From Candidatus Parvarchaeum sp. (GTDB lineage Archaea; Nanobdellota; Nanobdellia; Pacearchaeales; GW2011-AR1): a DNA stretch of 32,000 bases. The notes under the pieces were generated by a model. It was not told the DNA's origin and did not search any database. It saw only the letters and a program-made list of their open reading frames with translations. The DNA lies in the NCBI GenBank assembly GCA_020724955.1, contig DYFY01000004.1:34051-66050 (forward strand), written 5' to 3'. Position numbers and translations under genes: made by a program. How positions within the stretch are numbered: the stretch's first letter is position 1; each line of letters opens with the position of its first letter. Below, in pieces: positions 16,568 through 24,234 of the stretch.

Positions 16568-16576
16568 AGCACAGCA
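16568..16576. repeat. Right copy of the 9-bp target-site duplication AGCACAGCA
   Basis: Identical to 15552-15560. Confidence 0.75.
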
Positions 16577-16686
16577 AAACGTTTAAAAACCGCTCCTTCT
16601 CAGGTTAGGAACTAAGCATCGACCCTTTCTCCTTACAGACAGGAAAAAGGCGAGCTCATCTAGCGTCTGGATTACACGGAGAAATT

Positions 16687-17016
16687 ATGAAATTACCGCC
16701 AGAAACAAACAGGTACTGTCCGTACTGCAGGAAAAAAACAAAACAGAAAGTTAGCGTAGCCAAGCAGAGATCCCGTTCCACCGCTCACCCTCTCTCTAGA
16801 TGGTCCCAAAAAAGAACAAAACTTCGGGGTTACCGCTCTGGTTTTGGAAACATGGGCCGTTTCAGCAAGCCCCCGGTGAGCAAATGGAAAAGAAAAACAA
16901 AATCAACAAAAAGGCTCGGCATTCTCTACACATGCACCGTCTGCAAAAAATCAAAAGGAATTAAAAAAGCAATAAGAACATCCAGACTGGAGATAGGAGA
17001 AAAAGTGGCAAAATAA
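16687..17016 (+). CDS. rpl44e: 50S ribosomal protein L44e (eL42)
   Basis: Starts MKLPPETNRYCPYCRKKTKQKV and later has CTVCKK, giving the C4 zinc ribbon. The protein is highly basic and matches the eL42 pattern. GGAG lies about 7 nt upstream of the ATG. Confidence 0.85.
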   Translation: MKLPPETNRYCPYCRKKTKQKVSVAKQRSRSTAHPLSRWSQKRTKLRGYRSGFGNMGRFSKPPVSKWKRKTKSTKRLGILYTCTVCKKSKGIKKAIRTSRLEIGEKVAK

Positions 17017-17017
17017 G

Positions 17018-17599
17018 ATGATGCAACAAAGAAAAAAAATACCTAAAGGAGCAAAGAAAAAATTTTTCGAAGTGTCTGTGCCTTTAACAGCGACAAAAAT
17101 CCCTCTTTACACCTATTCCCCGGAGCTTTTGGATGGAAAAATAATCAAGCTGGATCTGACTAAAAATCTTAGGGGCAAAAACCTCGAACTGAAAGCAAAA
17201 GTGACTGAAAAAAACGGCAGTCTTTCTTCAAATCTGGTCAGCCTCGAACTAAACAGGCAATACATAAAAAAAGCTATGAGAAAGGGAATAGATTATGTAG
17301 AAGATTCGTTCCAAGCCCAATCCAAAGACTCCGGATTGCAGGTCAAATTTCTTCTCCTTACAAGAAAAAGAGTTTCGCGCTCAATCAGAAATTCTCTAAG
17401 AGAACAAACTAAAAAACTCATCCTGGCCAGGGCAAAAACCCGCTCCTCAGAAGACATATTTACAGAAACAATAACAGGAAAAATTCAAAAAGAGCTGTCC
17501 CAGAAGCTGAAAAAAATATATCCTCTGGCATTGTGCGAAATAAAATTCCTGAAAATCATCCCGGCAATAAAAGACTCTAAGGAAAAAGAAAAGCAATAA
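17018..17599 (+). CDS. rps3ae: 30S ribosomal protein S3Ae (eS1)
   Basis: KKKFFEVSVPLTATKIPLYTYSPELLDGKIIKLDLTKNLRGKNLELKAKV parallels the conserved eS1 N-terminus (KKWY.I.AP..F....GET.A..PE.L.GR..E..L.DLT......KL.FKI). The size, about 190 aa, fits. The ATG is 1 nt after the rpl44e stop. Confidence 0.65.
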   Translation: MMQQRKKIPKGAKKKFFEVSVPLTATKIPLYTYSPELLDGKIIKLDLTKNLRGKNLELKAKVTEKNGSLSSNLVSLELNRQYIKKAMRKGIDYVEDSFQAQSKDSGLQVKFLLLTRKRVSRSIRNSLREQTKKLILARAKTRSSEDIFTETITGKIQKELSQKLKKIYPLALCEIKFLKIIPAIKDSKEKEKQ

Positions 17600-17609
17600 C
17601 TTTTTAATC
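17600..17609 (+). promoter_or_regulatory. TATA-like box (ctttttaatc) upstream of tRNA-Thr
   Basis: The centre is about 31 nt upstream of the tRNA 5' end at 17636. Confidence 0.35.
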
Positions 17610-17635
17610 TCCTATTTTTTTAACACTTCATATAA

Positions 17636-17708
17636 GCCTGCATAGCTCAGCTGGTAGAGCGGCTGCCTTGTAAGCAGTAGGTCGGGGGTTCGAATCCCTC
17701 TGCAGGCT
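17636..17708 (+). tRNA. tRNA-Thr (anticodon TGT)
   Basis: Cloverleaf: GCCTGCA TA GCTC AGCTGGTA GAGC G GCTGC CTTGTAA GCAGT AGGTC GGGGG TTCGAAT CCCTC TGCAGGC T. TGT is at positions 34-36. No CCA is encoded. A T-run follows immediately. Confidence 0.85.
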
Positions 17709-17712
17709 TTTT
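17709..17712 (+). terminator. Oligo-T tract directly after tRNA-Thr (TTTTT counting the discriminator)
   Basis: Archaeal RNA polymerase terminates at oligo-T. The run begins at the tRNA 3' end. Confidence 0.3.
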
Positions 17713-17762
17713 AATATATAAATGCTTAAAAACCCCAGATTTAGGCATTCTATTATTATAAA

Positions 17763-18551
17763 ATGTCAAATATAGAAATTGAAGGATATGAAACAATTGA
17801 GGCAAATAAATTTTTTCAGAAAGAGGAAGGAGTTGAAATTGAACTTCCTGAAAGAACAGCTTATATTAGAGATGTGTTAGGACTATCAAGATACACAATG
17901 CCTTCCAGAGAACAGGTAGTTGATTTTATTATAAGCGAAGCAAAAAATGTCAAAGATGGAAAACCATCCAGCATAGCTTCTGCCATTCCACCTGATGAAA
18001 TAGAAAAAATCGCTTCCAGAAATAAGCGAATAATTAACCTTATAAGAGGAATACATGACAAAACAAATGTTTTCTCTGGATTAACATTTTTGGAACTAAT
18101 TTATTTAAGAATGGAGGAATCTTTCATCCCTGATTTTTTAGAATTTCCAGAAGATAAAAAATCAGAAATTCTTGATGAGTATGCTACGGAAATGAGTTTA
18201 ATTCAATTAGTTGATGGCTCACTTCCTCAAAGAGAAACTTTAGAGTGTTTGTTGGGAGCTAAAGTAACTTCTTCAGAGCTAGTTGCTATAAAGTCTAATA
18301 GAAAATATGAAGAAGCGGCTAATCTTGTGAGGCTTGTTTACAACTCTCTAAGCTCACAAAGAGAATTAATCAAAAGAATTAGAGATTATTCAAAAGAATT
18401 TATAGAAGAAGAAGCAAAGATAATTCTCAGTCATCTTAATATGCATCTGTTACAAGGGAAAGCAAGGACTCTAATTGAACAGATAGAAAACCTTCCTCCA
18501 TTATACCTCTCCCTAATTCATCCGCCAAAAACAAGAGGCATTAATAACTAA
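17763..18551 (+). CDS. Hypothetical protein (262 aa), mostly helical, no recognisable motif
   Basis: Clean ORF in an AT-richer stretch directly after tRNA-Thr. It converges on and overlaps the wHTH gene stop by 4 nt. Confidence 0.5.
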   Translation: MSNIEIEGYETIEANKFFQKEEGVEIELPERTAYIRDVLGLSRYTMPSREQVVDFIISEAKNVKDGKPSSIASAIPPDEIEKIASRNKRIINLIRGIHDKTNVFSGLTFLELIYLRMEESFIPDFLEFPEDKKSEILDEYATEMSLIQLVDGSLPQRETLECLLGAKVTSSELVAIKSNRKYEEAANLVRLVYNSLSSQRELIKRIRDYSKEFIEEEAKIILSHLNMHLLQGKARTLIEQIENLPPLYLSLIHPPKTRGINN

Positions 18552-18829
18552 TCCCCTCCAAGTCCAAAAGACTCTGTAAATTCCCTTATCATTCCGTATT
18601 TGTCAAGATAATTATTTCCCTTGCCTGTTATTTCATAAGTTTTCCCGGATTTTTCCTGCAATTCGACGACAAACCCTTTTTTAATCAATTCCCCAAGATA
18701 TTCCTCCATCATAGAATGTGACAAATTAGACTTATACAAAATATGAGTGGGTTTTATTTTTCCGTTTCTCTCCCTGATAACTTTCAAAATGTCATGAATT
18801 ATCTCCAGCCTGTTTCTCTTTTTGCTCAT
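18548..18829 (-). CDS. Winged helix-turn-helix transcriptional regulator (archaeal COG3432-like)
   Basis: LEIIHDILKVIRERNGKIKPTHILYKSNLSHSMMEEYLGELIKKGFVVELQEKSGKTYEITGKGNNYLDKY matches the small archaeal wHTH regulator pattern. Its start overlaps the upstream membrane-protein gene by 4 nt. Confidence 0.6.
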   Translation of the reverse strand: MSKKRNRLEIIHDILKVIRERNGKIKPTHILYKSNLSHSMMEEYLGELIKKGFVVELQEKSGKTYEITGKGNNYLDKYGMIREFTESFGLGGD

Positions 18830-19497
18830 TTTTTGAGTCCTTTTATTAAGCTTACCATTATCAAAACATATGCAACTAATTCTCCTGCGTGATTAATTAC
18901 ATATGGAAATTGATGAGCCAGCGAAAACGCCAAACTAGCCCTCGCCAAAAATAAAATCACGAATGCAAAAAATATCAAAAAATGCCTTTCATTTCTGTTT
19001 TTGAAAAATCTCCTTCCGTAAAATATAGCGATATAAAACAAGAGCAAAGCAGAAACAAAATTAAAAGCCAAAGCCGGCTGTGAACTAAAGATAACTACAA
19101 TAACGCTCAAAGAAGCCAGAAGGGTGTAAACTCTCTGATTTTTGACGTTGAAAGTCACATAAACAAGGGTTACAAGACCAAGTATAAAAAAAAGTATGTG
19201 GGCGTACAGCGATAACACCACAAAAAAAGGCAGCTTGGCCAAGTCAAGAGGGCCTCTGGACGCTATTCCTGCAATGCTAAATAAATTTAATAATGGCCAG
19301 ATAAAATAAGAAAGTGAAATGGCGCTGAAAGCCAGTCCGAGAAGCCAGCACTCTTTTTGGTCGCACAGCTTATACACCTTGAATGAGTAATAGGCGATAA
19401 ACGCTGCGATAATTCCAAAAATCAGTTCAAGAAAAATGTCGAAGCCGAAAAACCAGTCAGGTGTCAGATAGAAAAAAGCCATTCTAAAAACTGCCAA
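18826..19497 (-). CDS. Polytopic membrane protein (about 6-7 TM), unknown function
   Basis: Successive hydrophobic segments run throughout the 223 aa. It appears co-transcribed with the wHTH regulator. Confidence 0.6.
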   Translation of the reverse strand: MAVFRMAFFYLTPDWFFGFDIFLELIFGIIAAFIAYYSFKVYKLCDQKECWLLGLAFSAISLSYFIWPLLNLFSIAGIASRGPLDLAKLPFFVVLSLYAHILFFILGLVTLVYVTFNVKNQRVYTLLASLSVIVVIFSSQPALAFNFVSALLLFYIAIFYGRRFFKNRNERHFLIFFAFVILFLARASLAFSLAHQFPYVINHAGELVAYVLIMVSLIKGLKK

Positions 19498-19778
19498 AAA
19501 CCATTTTTAAATCTTGTGAAAAATATCTCTTGATTTTTCTTTAATAACTGATTAATAAAGGCTTTTCCTCAAGTCAATAAGAAAAAAGGAGAGACAAAAT
19601 GAAAACAACCAAGAAGAGAGCAAAAGAGACGCCCAACATTTGGGCTCTCCCCTCGCTTAGAAAAAGAGGAAATAAGCCTCCTCCATTTTAAGCATAATAG
19701 TCATCTAGCCATCGAAGCAGGAGGAGCAACTCGGGTTAACATCTACTAATTCTCAACCTCAACGCTCTTCCTGCTTTA

Positions 19779-20336
19779 CTACTCATCAACAAATTTGGCC
19801 CTGCCGTCTCCAACAAGAATTTCAGCAACCTTCGCGTCAAGATTAACAAGCTCCCCCTTTCCAAAAGGCCCTACAACATTGCCCTCCATATCAACAAATG
19901 CCTCAACTTCTCTATCAAGAATAATCATTTTATTTCCTCCTCCGTCCTCAGTTTCACCGCTTCCCATCAGCAAATTGCTTAAAGACTTGTCAGCTTCTTC
20001 AACATTGCCTATAAGCCCTTCAAACAACTCCCTCTCAAAATCAAGCATATTTCCGAAATCCCTTTTCATAATTCCTGTTTCAGAGGCGACAAAAACCAGG
20101 TTCAAGATTTTTTTCTTTCTCCTTAGCATCAGCTCCTTGAATATCGAAATGGCATTTTCAAACTTTTTCTTTTCAGCCATCAGGCTCTCAGAAAAAACAT
20201 CTGCTCCCGCAAGCTCTTTTCTCCTGGCCTTGAAATAATCTCCAACAGAGGCGACAAAACCTTTGGGAAGCGCCTGTAATTGCTCCCCATATTTCTCCTT
20301 CCTCAAATAATCATACAACTCATCGTAATCAACCAT
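19779..20336 (-). CDS. gins51: GINS subunit Gins51 (Gins15/Sld5-Psf1-like)
   Basis: The N-terminal helical A-domain pattern is ELYDYLRKEKYGEQLQALPKGFVASVGDYF ... LMLRRKKKILNLVFVA. The C-terminal B-domain pattern is REVEAFVDMEGNVVGPFGKGELVNLDAKVAEILVGDGRAKFV. The size is about 185 aa. Confidence 0.6.
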   Translation of the reverse strand: MVDYDELYDYLRKEKYGEQLQALPKGFVASVGDYFKARRKELAGADVFSESLMAEKKKFENAISIFKELMLRRKKKILNLVFVASETGIMKRDFGNMLDFERELFEGLIGNVEEADKSLSNLLMGSGETEDGGGNKMIILDREVEAFVDMEGNVVGPFGKGELVNLDAKVAEILVGDGRAKFVDE

Positions 20337-20562
20337 TAAGAACTCTCATCTCTGCCATTTATATTTCTTGTTATACTAAAATTAAACTCTCTCTGAAAGT
20401 ATAACTTCTTCATTGTTTTTAATTTCAGAATTATGGATAACTGCATTAATTAAGCGGCTTCTTTTTGCAGTTGCCCAGACAGAGAAGTGTGCACAAATTG
20501 TAACACAATCAGCACATTTTTCTGTAAATTTATTCAACCCAAAAGCTAATTATTTTAGTTTA

Positions 20563-20946
20563 TCATCTGCGCTCAAAATAACCAGGCACTTCATATATAT
20601 CCCTCGGGTCAAACTTCGGGTCGCTAAGAACCTCCATTCCTAATATACTATCAATAGGAGTTATTTGATGAACTGCTTTAACAGGAATAACAACCCTCTG
20701 CCCTTCTTCAATTACCCTCTCTTCAACAGGCGTCTTTGCATTTATATCATGAATTCTTAGCCTGCCTCTGCCTCTTTTGATAAGATAAACTTCTGTCATC
20801 TTTTCATGAAAATGCGGAATAGTTGGAGATTCAATTTCAAAATAAACCAAACTACAGCTTTCTTGAGGAGATTTATATAATACTCTGAGTCTACCACAAG
20901 TAGTATCTCTTTCCCAAGGTATCTCATGCAAAGCCCTTACATCCAT
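20563..20946 (-). CDS. Cupin-domain protein
   Basis: Cupin motif 1 is PHFHEKMTEVYLIKRGRGRL and a later beta-rich motif is QRVVIPVKAVHQI. The size is 127 aa. GAGGT lies about 7 nt upstream of the ATG. Confidence 0.6.
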   Translation of the reverse strand: MDVRALHEIPWERDTTCGRLRVLYKSPQESCSLVYFEIESPTIPHFHEKMTEVYLIKRGRGRLRIHDINAKTPVEERVIEEGQRVVIPVKAVHQITPIDSILGMEVLSDPKFDPRDIYEVPGYFERR

Positions 20947-20962
20947 TTATTTAACCTCAATT

Positions 20963-21079
20963 GCTCTGTCCGGAATAACAAAATTTTCGAAATTACGACA
21001 AAAACCTTTTGGCAATAAACAAAATTCAGCAAGGTTTACCGAATATCTTTAATCAGAAAAATCTATTCCGGACAATGCT
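20963..21079. mobile_element. 117-bp MITE derived from the IS at 15561-16567
   Basis: The termini are GCTCTGTCCGGAATAAC... and ...TATTCCGGACAATGCT. They share the GTCCGGAAT core and the ...TTCCGGACAA(A/T)GCT end with the IS. The flanking 9-bp direct repeat is ACCTCAATT (20954-20962) and ACCTCAATA (21080-21088), an 8/9 match. There is no coding capacity. Confidence 0.65.
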
Positions 21080-21153
21080 ACCTCAATAAAACCTTTATAA
21101 TAATTTATGTTCTAAACCGCAAACTTCTTAATCCCTCTGCACCTGGAATAAAA

Positions 21154-22320
21154 ATGTTTGGAAAACTCAGGGATAAACTAAAGTCTTTCTTAGGACATTC
21201 AGAAAAATCCGGGAAAAAGCCGAAAAAAGCAAAGGAAAAACTCAGCGAGAAGCCCAAAAAACATGCCGGAAAAACAAAAAAAGAAATTTCAAAAATCCCT
21301 ACAGAGGAAGAGCTGAAAGTCCATGCAGACCAAATCCAAAAAGAAGTCCCTCAAAAATTCCACTTGGGAAGTTTAAAAACAGAGCCAGACATAGACAAAA
21401 TTAAAGCCCAGGAAAAAAACACAGAAGAAACTCCAAAATCATCCTTTCTCTCCAAATTAACAAAAAAACTCTCGACCTCAACTCTCAGACAATCTGATTT
21501 GAATGAGATCCTAGAGCCCCTGGAATTAATTCTCCTGGAAAACAATGTAGCTCTGGAAGTGGTGGATAAAATAAAAGCAGATTTGGAAAAAGACCTGGTA
21601 GGAATAGAAGTTAAAAAGCAAAATATTGAAAATATTATAAAAAGCTCTCTCAAAGAATCAATATCATCTGTCTTAATAGAGCCTCCAGATATTCTAGAGG
21701 CAATAAAGAAAAAATCAAAACTAGAGCCATATGTAATAGTCTTCTTCGGAATCAACGGCTCTGGAAAAACAACCTCTCTGGCAAAGCTCGCAAACTACTT
21801 AAGAAAAAACAAAATCTCCTGTGTTCTCGGGGCAGCAGACACTTTCAGAGCAGCCTCGATAGAGCAGCTTCAAAAACACGCAGATGCCTTGAACATCAAA
21901 CTGATAAAACAGCAATACGGCTCAGATCCAACAGCAGTGGCATTCGATGCAAAAAAATACGCTGAAAAAAACAAACTGCAATGCGTTCTAATAGACACTG
22001 CAGGAAGAATGTACACCAAAGAAAATCTGATTAAAGAAATGGAAAAGCTCATTCGCATTATAAAGCCGGACCTAAAAATTTTCGTCGCTGAGAGCATAAC
22101 CGGAAACGATGCAGTAGCGCAGGCAAAAACGTTCAACGAAGCTCTAAACCTTGACGGCATTATTCTGACAAAAGCAGATGTGGATGAAAAAGGAGGAACA
22201 GCCCTATCTGTGTCTTACATAACAAAAAAACCGATTTATTTTCTAGGCACAGGCCAGACATACTCTGACTTTCAGCCATTCAAAAAAGAAAAAATACTCA
22301 ACTCTCTCGGGCTTGACTAA
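21154..22320 (+). CDS. ftsY: Signal recognition particle receptor FtsY
   Basis: Lys-rich acidic/basic N-terminal A domain. The SRP-GTPase NG domain motifs are FFGINGSGKTTSLAKLA (G1), DTAGR (G3) and TKADVDEKGG (G4). Confidence 0.9.
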   Translation: MFGKLRDKLKSFLGHSEKSGKKPKKAKEKLSEKPKKHAGKTKKEISKIPTEEELKVHADQIQKEVPQKFHLGSLKTEPDIDKIKAQEKNTEETPKSSFLSKLTKKLSTSTLRQSDLNEILEPLELILLENNVALEVVDKIKADLEKDLVGIEVKKQNIENIIKSSLKESISSVLIEPPDILEAIKKKSKLEPYVIVFFGINGSGKTTSLAKLANYLRKNKISCVLGAADTFRAASIEQLQKHADALNIKLIKQQYGSDPTAVAFDAKKYAEKNKLQCVLIDTAGRMYTKENLIKEMEKLIRIIKPDLKIFVAESITGNDAVAQAKTFNEALNLDGIILTKADVDEKGGTALSVSYITKKPIYFLGTGQTYSDFQPFKKEKILNSLGLD

Positions 22321-22696
22321 CCTCAGCTTCTAAAACAGCATCTTCAGGTTTAACAACAGGCCTAACATCTCCAGAGTATTTAGCAGAAGAAAAACTCCTA
22401 GCCTTTTCAAGCGTGCGCGGATCAATTCTGCAAGCTATATAACGAGAAGGCATCAGATCAAACCTACTTATTTCATCAGTAATAAGAACATTAGCTCCCC
22501 AGCTCAAAGCCTCTCGCACAATACCAGAATAATCTCTCCTAGTAGAAATCTCACTCCTCTCTTCAGACCAAGCACTTATTACTTTAAGAAGCTCACAAGA
22601 TTTACTGCTAAATTCAACACACGTTCCAGCAACGTTTATAACAAAAAATCCATCTCTAACAAATCCTTTGTAAATTCTCTCTTTTGAACTTAACAT
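22298..22696 (-). CDS. Hypothetical protein (132 aa from the ATG at 22696; the track start at 22759 would give 153 aa)
   Basis: The ORF lies between ftsY and srp54 and overlaps the ftsY 3' end by 23 nt. The internal ATG at 22696 has a TATA-like tttattaatt about 29 nt upstream on the minus strand. The 22759 start would leave only 33 nt to the srp54 ATG. No family was recognised. Confidence 0.4.
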   Translation of the reverse strand: MLSSKERIYKGFVRDGFFVINVAGTCVEFSSKSCELLKVISAWSEERSEISTRRDYSGIVREALSWGANVLITDEISRFDLMPSRYIACRIDPRTLEKARSFSSAKYSGDVRPVVKPEDAVLEAEVSQARES

Positions 22697-22761
22697 CCAT
22701 CTCAGCTTAGCCAAGGCAGAATTAATAAACATTATTACTATCCAAAATAACAAACCCAAAA

Positions 22762-22770
22762 CCTTTAATA
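22762..22770 (+). promoter_or_regulatory. TATA box (cctttaata) for srp54
   Basis: The centre is about 26 nt upstream of the ATG at 22793. Confidence 0.4.
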
Positions 22771-22792
22771 CGCTCTCAATCCTCGCTTTTCC

Positions 22793-24157
22793 ATGTTAGA
22801 TAAGCTGTCTTCAGCATTGAAAAGGACAACAGATAAAATAGCAAATGCTGTCTTTCTCGACAAGAATTTAGTGGATGGCATAGTAAAAGACCTTCAGCGC
22901 TCTCTCATAGAAGCCGACGTAAACGTTCAGTTGGTTCTTCAGATAACACAAAAAATCAAACGGGCTGCATTAGACGAGAGAATTAAAGGTATAGAGAAAA
23001 AAGAGCACATCATCAAACTTCTGCACGATGAACTCATTTCCATTTTAGGAAGCTCTCGGACTCCAGAACTCGGCAAAAGAAACATCTTCATGATGCTCGG
23101 ACTATATGGAGCAGGTAAAACCACAACGATTTCAAAACTGGCTTTATATTACAGCAAGCGCGGAAAAAAGGTTTGCACTCTTGGGCTAGATGTTCATCGT
23201 CCGGCAGCTTCAGAACAGCTAAAACAGCTCTCCGATAAGCTTAGTATCCCATGTTTCATCAATCCGGAAGAAAAAGACCCGATGAAGATTTGGAACTACT
23301 TCAGAAAAGAAGTACAGAAGTTCGACTTAGTCTTGATAGACACTGCAGGAAGAGATGCTCTTGACGCCGAGTTAATAAAAGAAATAAAAGCAATCTCCAA
23401 AGCTGTAAATCCAACAGAAACCTTCCTTGTCATTCCTGCAGACATCGGGCAAACAGCCCAGAAGCAAGCTCAGGCTTTCAAAGAAGCTGTTCAAATTACT
23501 GGAGTGATAATTACAAGAATGGACAGCACAGCAAAAGCCGGCGGGGCATTAACAGCCTGCGCAGAAGCTAAAGTTCCGGTAGTCTTCATAGGAACCGGTG
23601 AGAAGCCTCACGACCTAGAGTTATTCAATCCAGAACAATTCCTTTCCCGTCTTCTAGGTCTCGGAGACCTGCAATCTTTGATGGAAAAAATCCAATCAGT
23701 AACAGACAGAAAAAAAATGGAGAAAACCCAAAAAAATTTAGAAGAAGGCCGTCTTACTCTCAGAGATGTTCAGGCACAGCTAGAATCTTTAGATTCTTTG
23801 GGCTCAATGGACAAAATACTTTCCATGATTCCAGGTCTCGGAAAAGCCAAAGAAAAAATCTCCTCGGAACAGCTGGAACAACAGCAAAATAAACTGAAGA
23901 ACTGGAAAAATGCAATCTCGAGCATGACAGAATACGAAATAGAAAACCCTGAAATCCTGGAAAAGCAAACTTCCAGAATTCAAAGAATAGCAAAAGGTTC
24001 CGGCACTTCAACATCGGACATCAGAATGCTGATAAAGCAATACAAAATGCTAAAAGAGCTGATAAAAAGCCAGTCTGCAATAAGTGAAGGAAAACTCGAT
24101 CAGCGCACGTTACAAAAAATGGCCAAGAAGCTCGGCAAGAAAAAGTTTAGGATGTAA
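22793..24157 (+). CDS. srp54: Signal recognition particle protein SRP54
   Basis: The NG domain motifs are GLYGAGKTTTISKLA, DTAGR and TRMDSTAKAGGAL. A Met/Lys-rich C-terminal M domain follows. Confidence 0.9.
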   Translation: MLDKLSSALKRTTDKIANAVFLDKNLVDGIVKDLQRSLIEADVNVQLVLQITQKIKRAALDERIKGIEKKEHIIKLLHDELISILGSSRTPELGKRNIFMMLGLYGAGKTTTISKLALYYSKRGKKVCTLGLDVHRPAASEQLKQLSDKLSIPCFINPEEKDPMKIWNYFRKEVQKFDLVLIDTAGRDALDAELIKEIKAISKAVNPTETFLVIPADIGQTAQKQAQAFKEAVQITGVIITRMDSTAKAGGALTACAEAKVPVVFIGTGEKPHDLELFNPEQFLSRLLGLGDLQSLMEKIQSVTDRKKMEKTQKNLEEGRLTLRDVQAQLESLDSLGSMDKILSMIPGLGKAKEKISSEQLEQQQNKLKNWKNAISSMTEYEIENPEILEKQTSRIQRIAKGSGTSTSDIRMLIKQYKMLKELIKSQSAISEGKLDQRTLQKMAKKLGKKKFRM

Positions 24158-24234
24158 ATTTGCCGTCTGCTATTCAGGGAAAGACTTATATCTTTCACTA
24201 TAGCCTTGGCTAAGGATTTCAACACTCCAAAAAC

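Noticed and set aside
19795-20238. 147-aa plus-strand ORF rich in S/P/L.
   Set aside because: It is antisense to the Gins51-like gene, which has a recognisable two-domain pattern. The composition is typical of a shadow frame.
20413-20643. 76-aa plus-strand ORF. Also a minus-strand TTG-initiated roughly 50-codon frame containing CADCVTIC just downstream of the cupin gene.
   Set aside because: Neither has an ATG with a promoter or SD context. The plus ORF overlaps the cupin 3' end. The Cys motif is too short to call a ferredoxin or zinc module.
17693-21141. A 12-nt exact match between the 3' end of tRNA-Thr (AATCCCTCTGCA, 17693-17704) and 21130-21141, considered as attL/attR of a 3.4-kb integrated element.
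   Set aside because: The match is only 12 nt and there is no integrase. The interval contains the core replication gene gins51. It was kept as a note only. A longer att match or an empty site in a relative would revive the idea.
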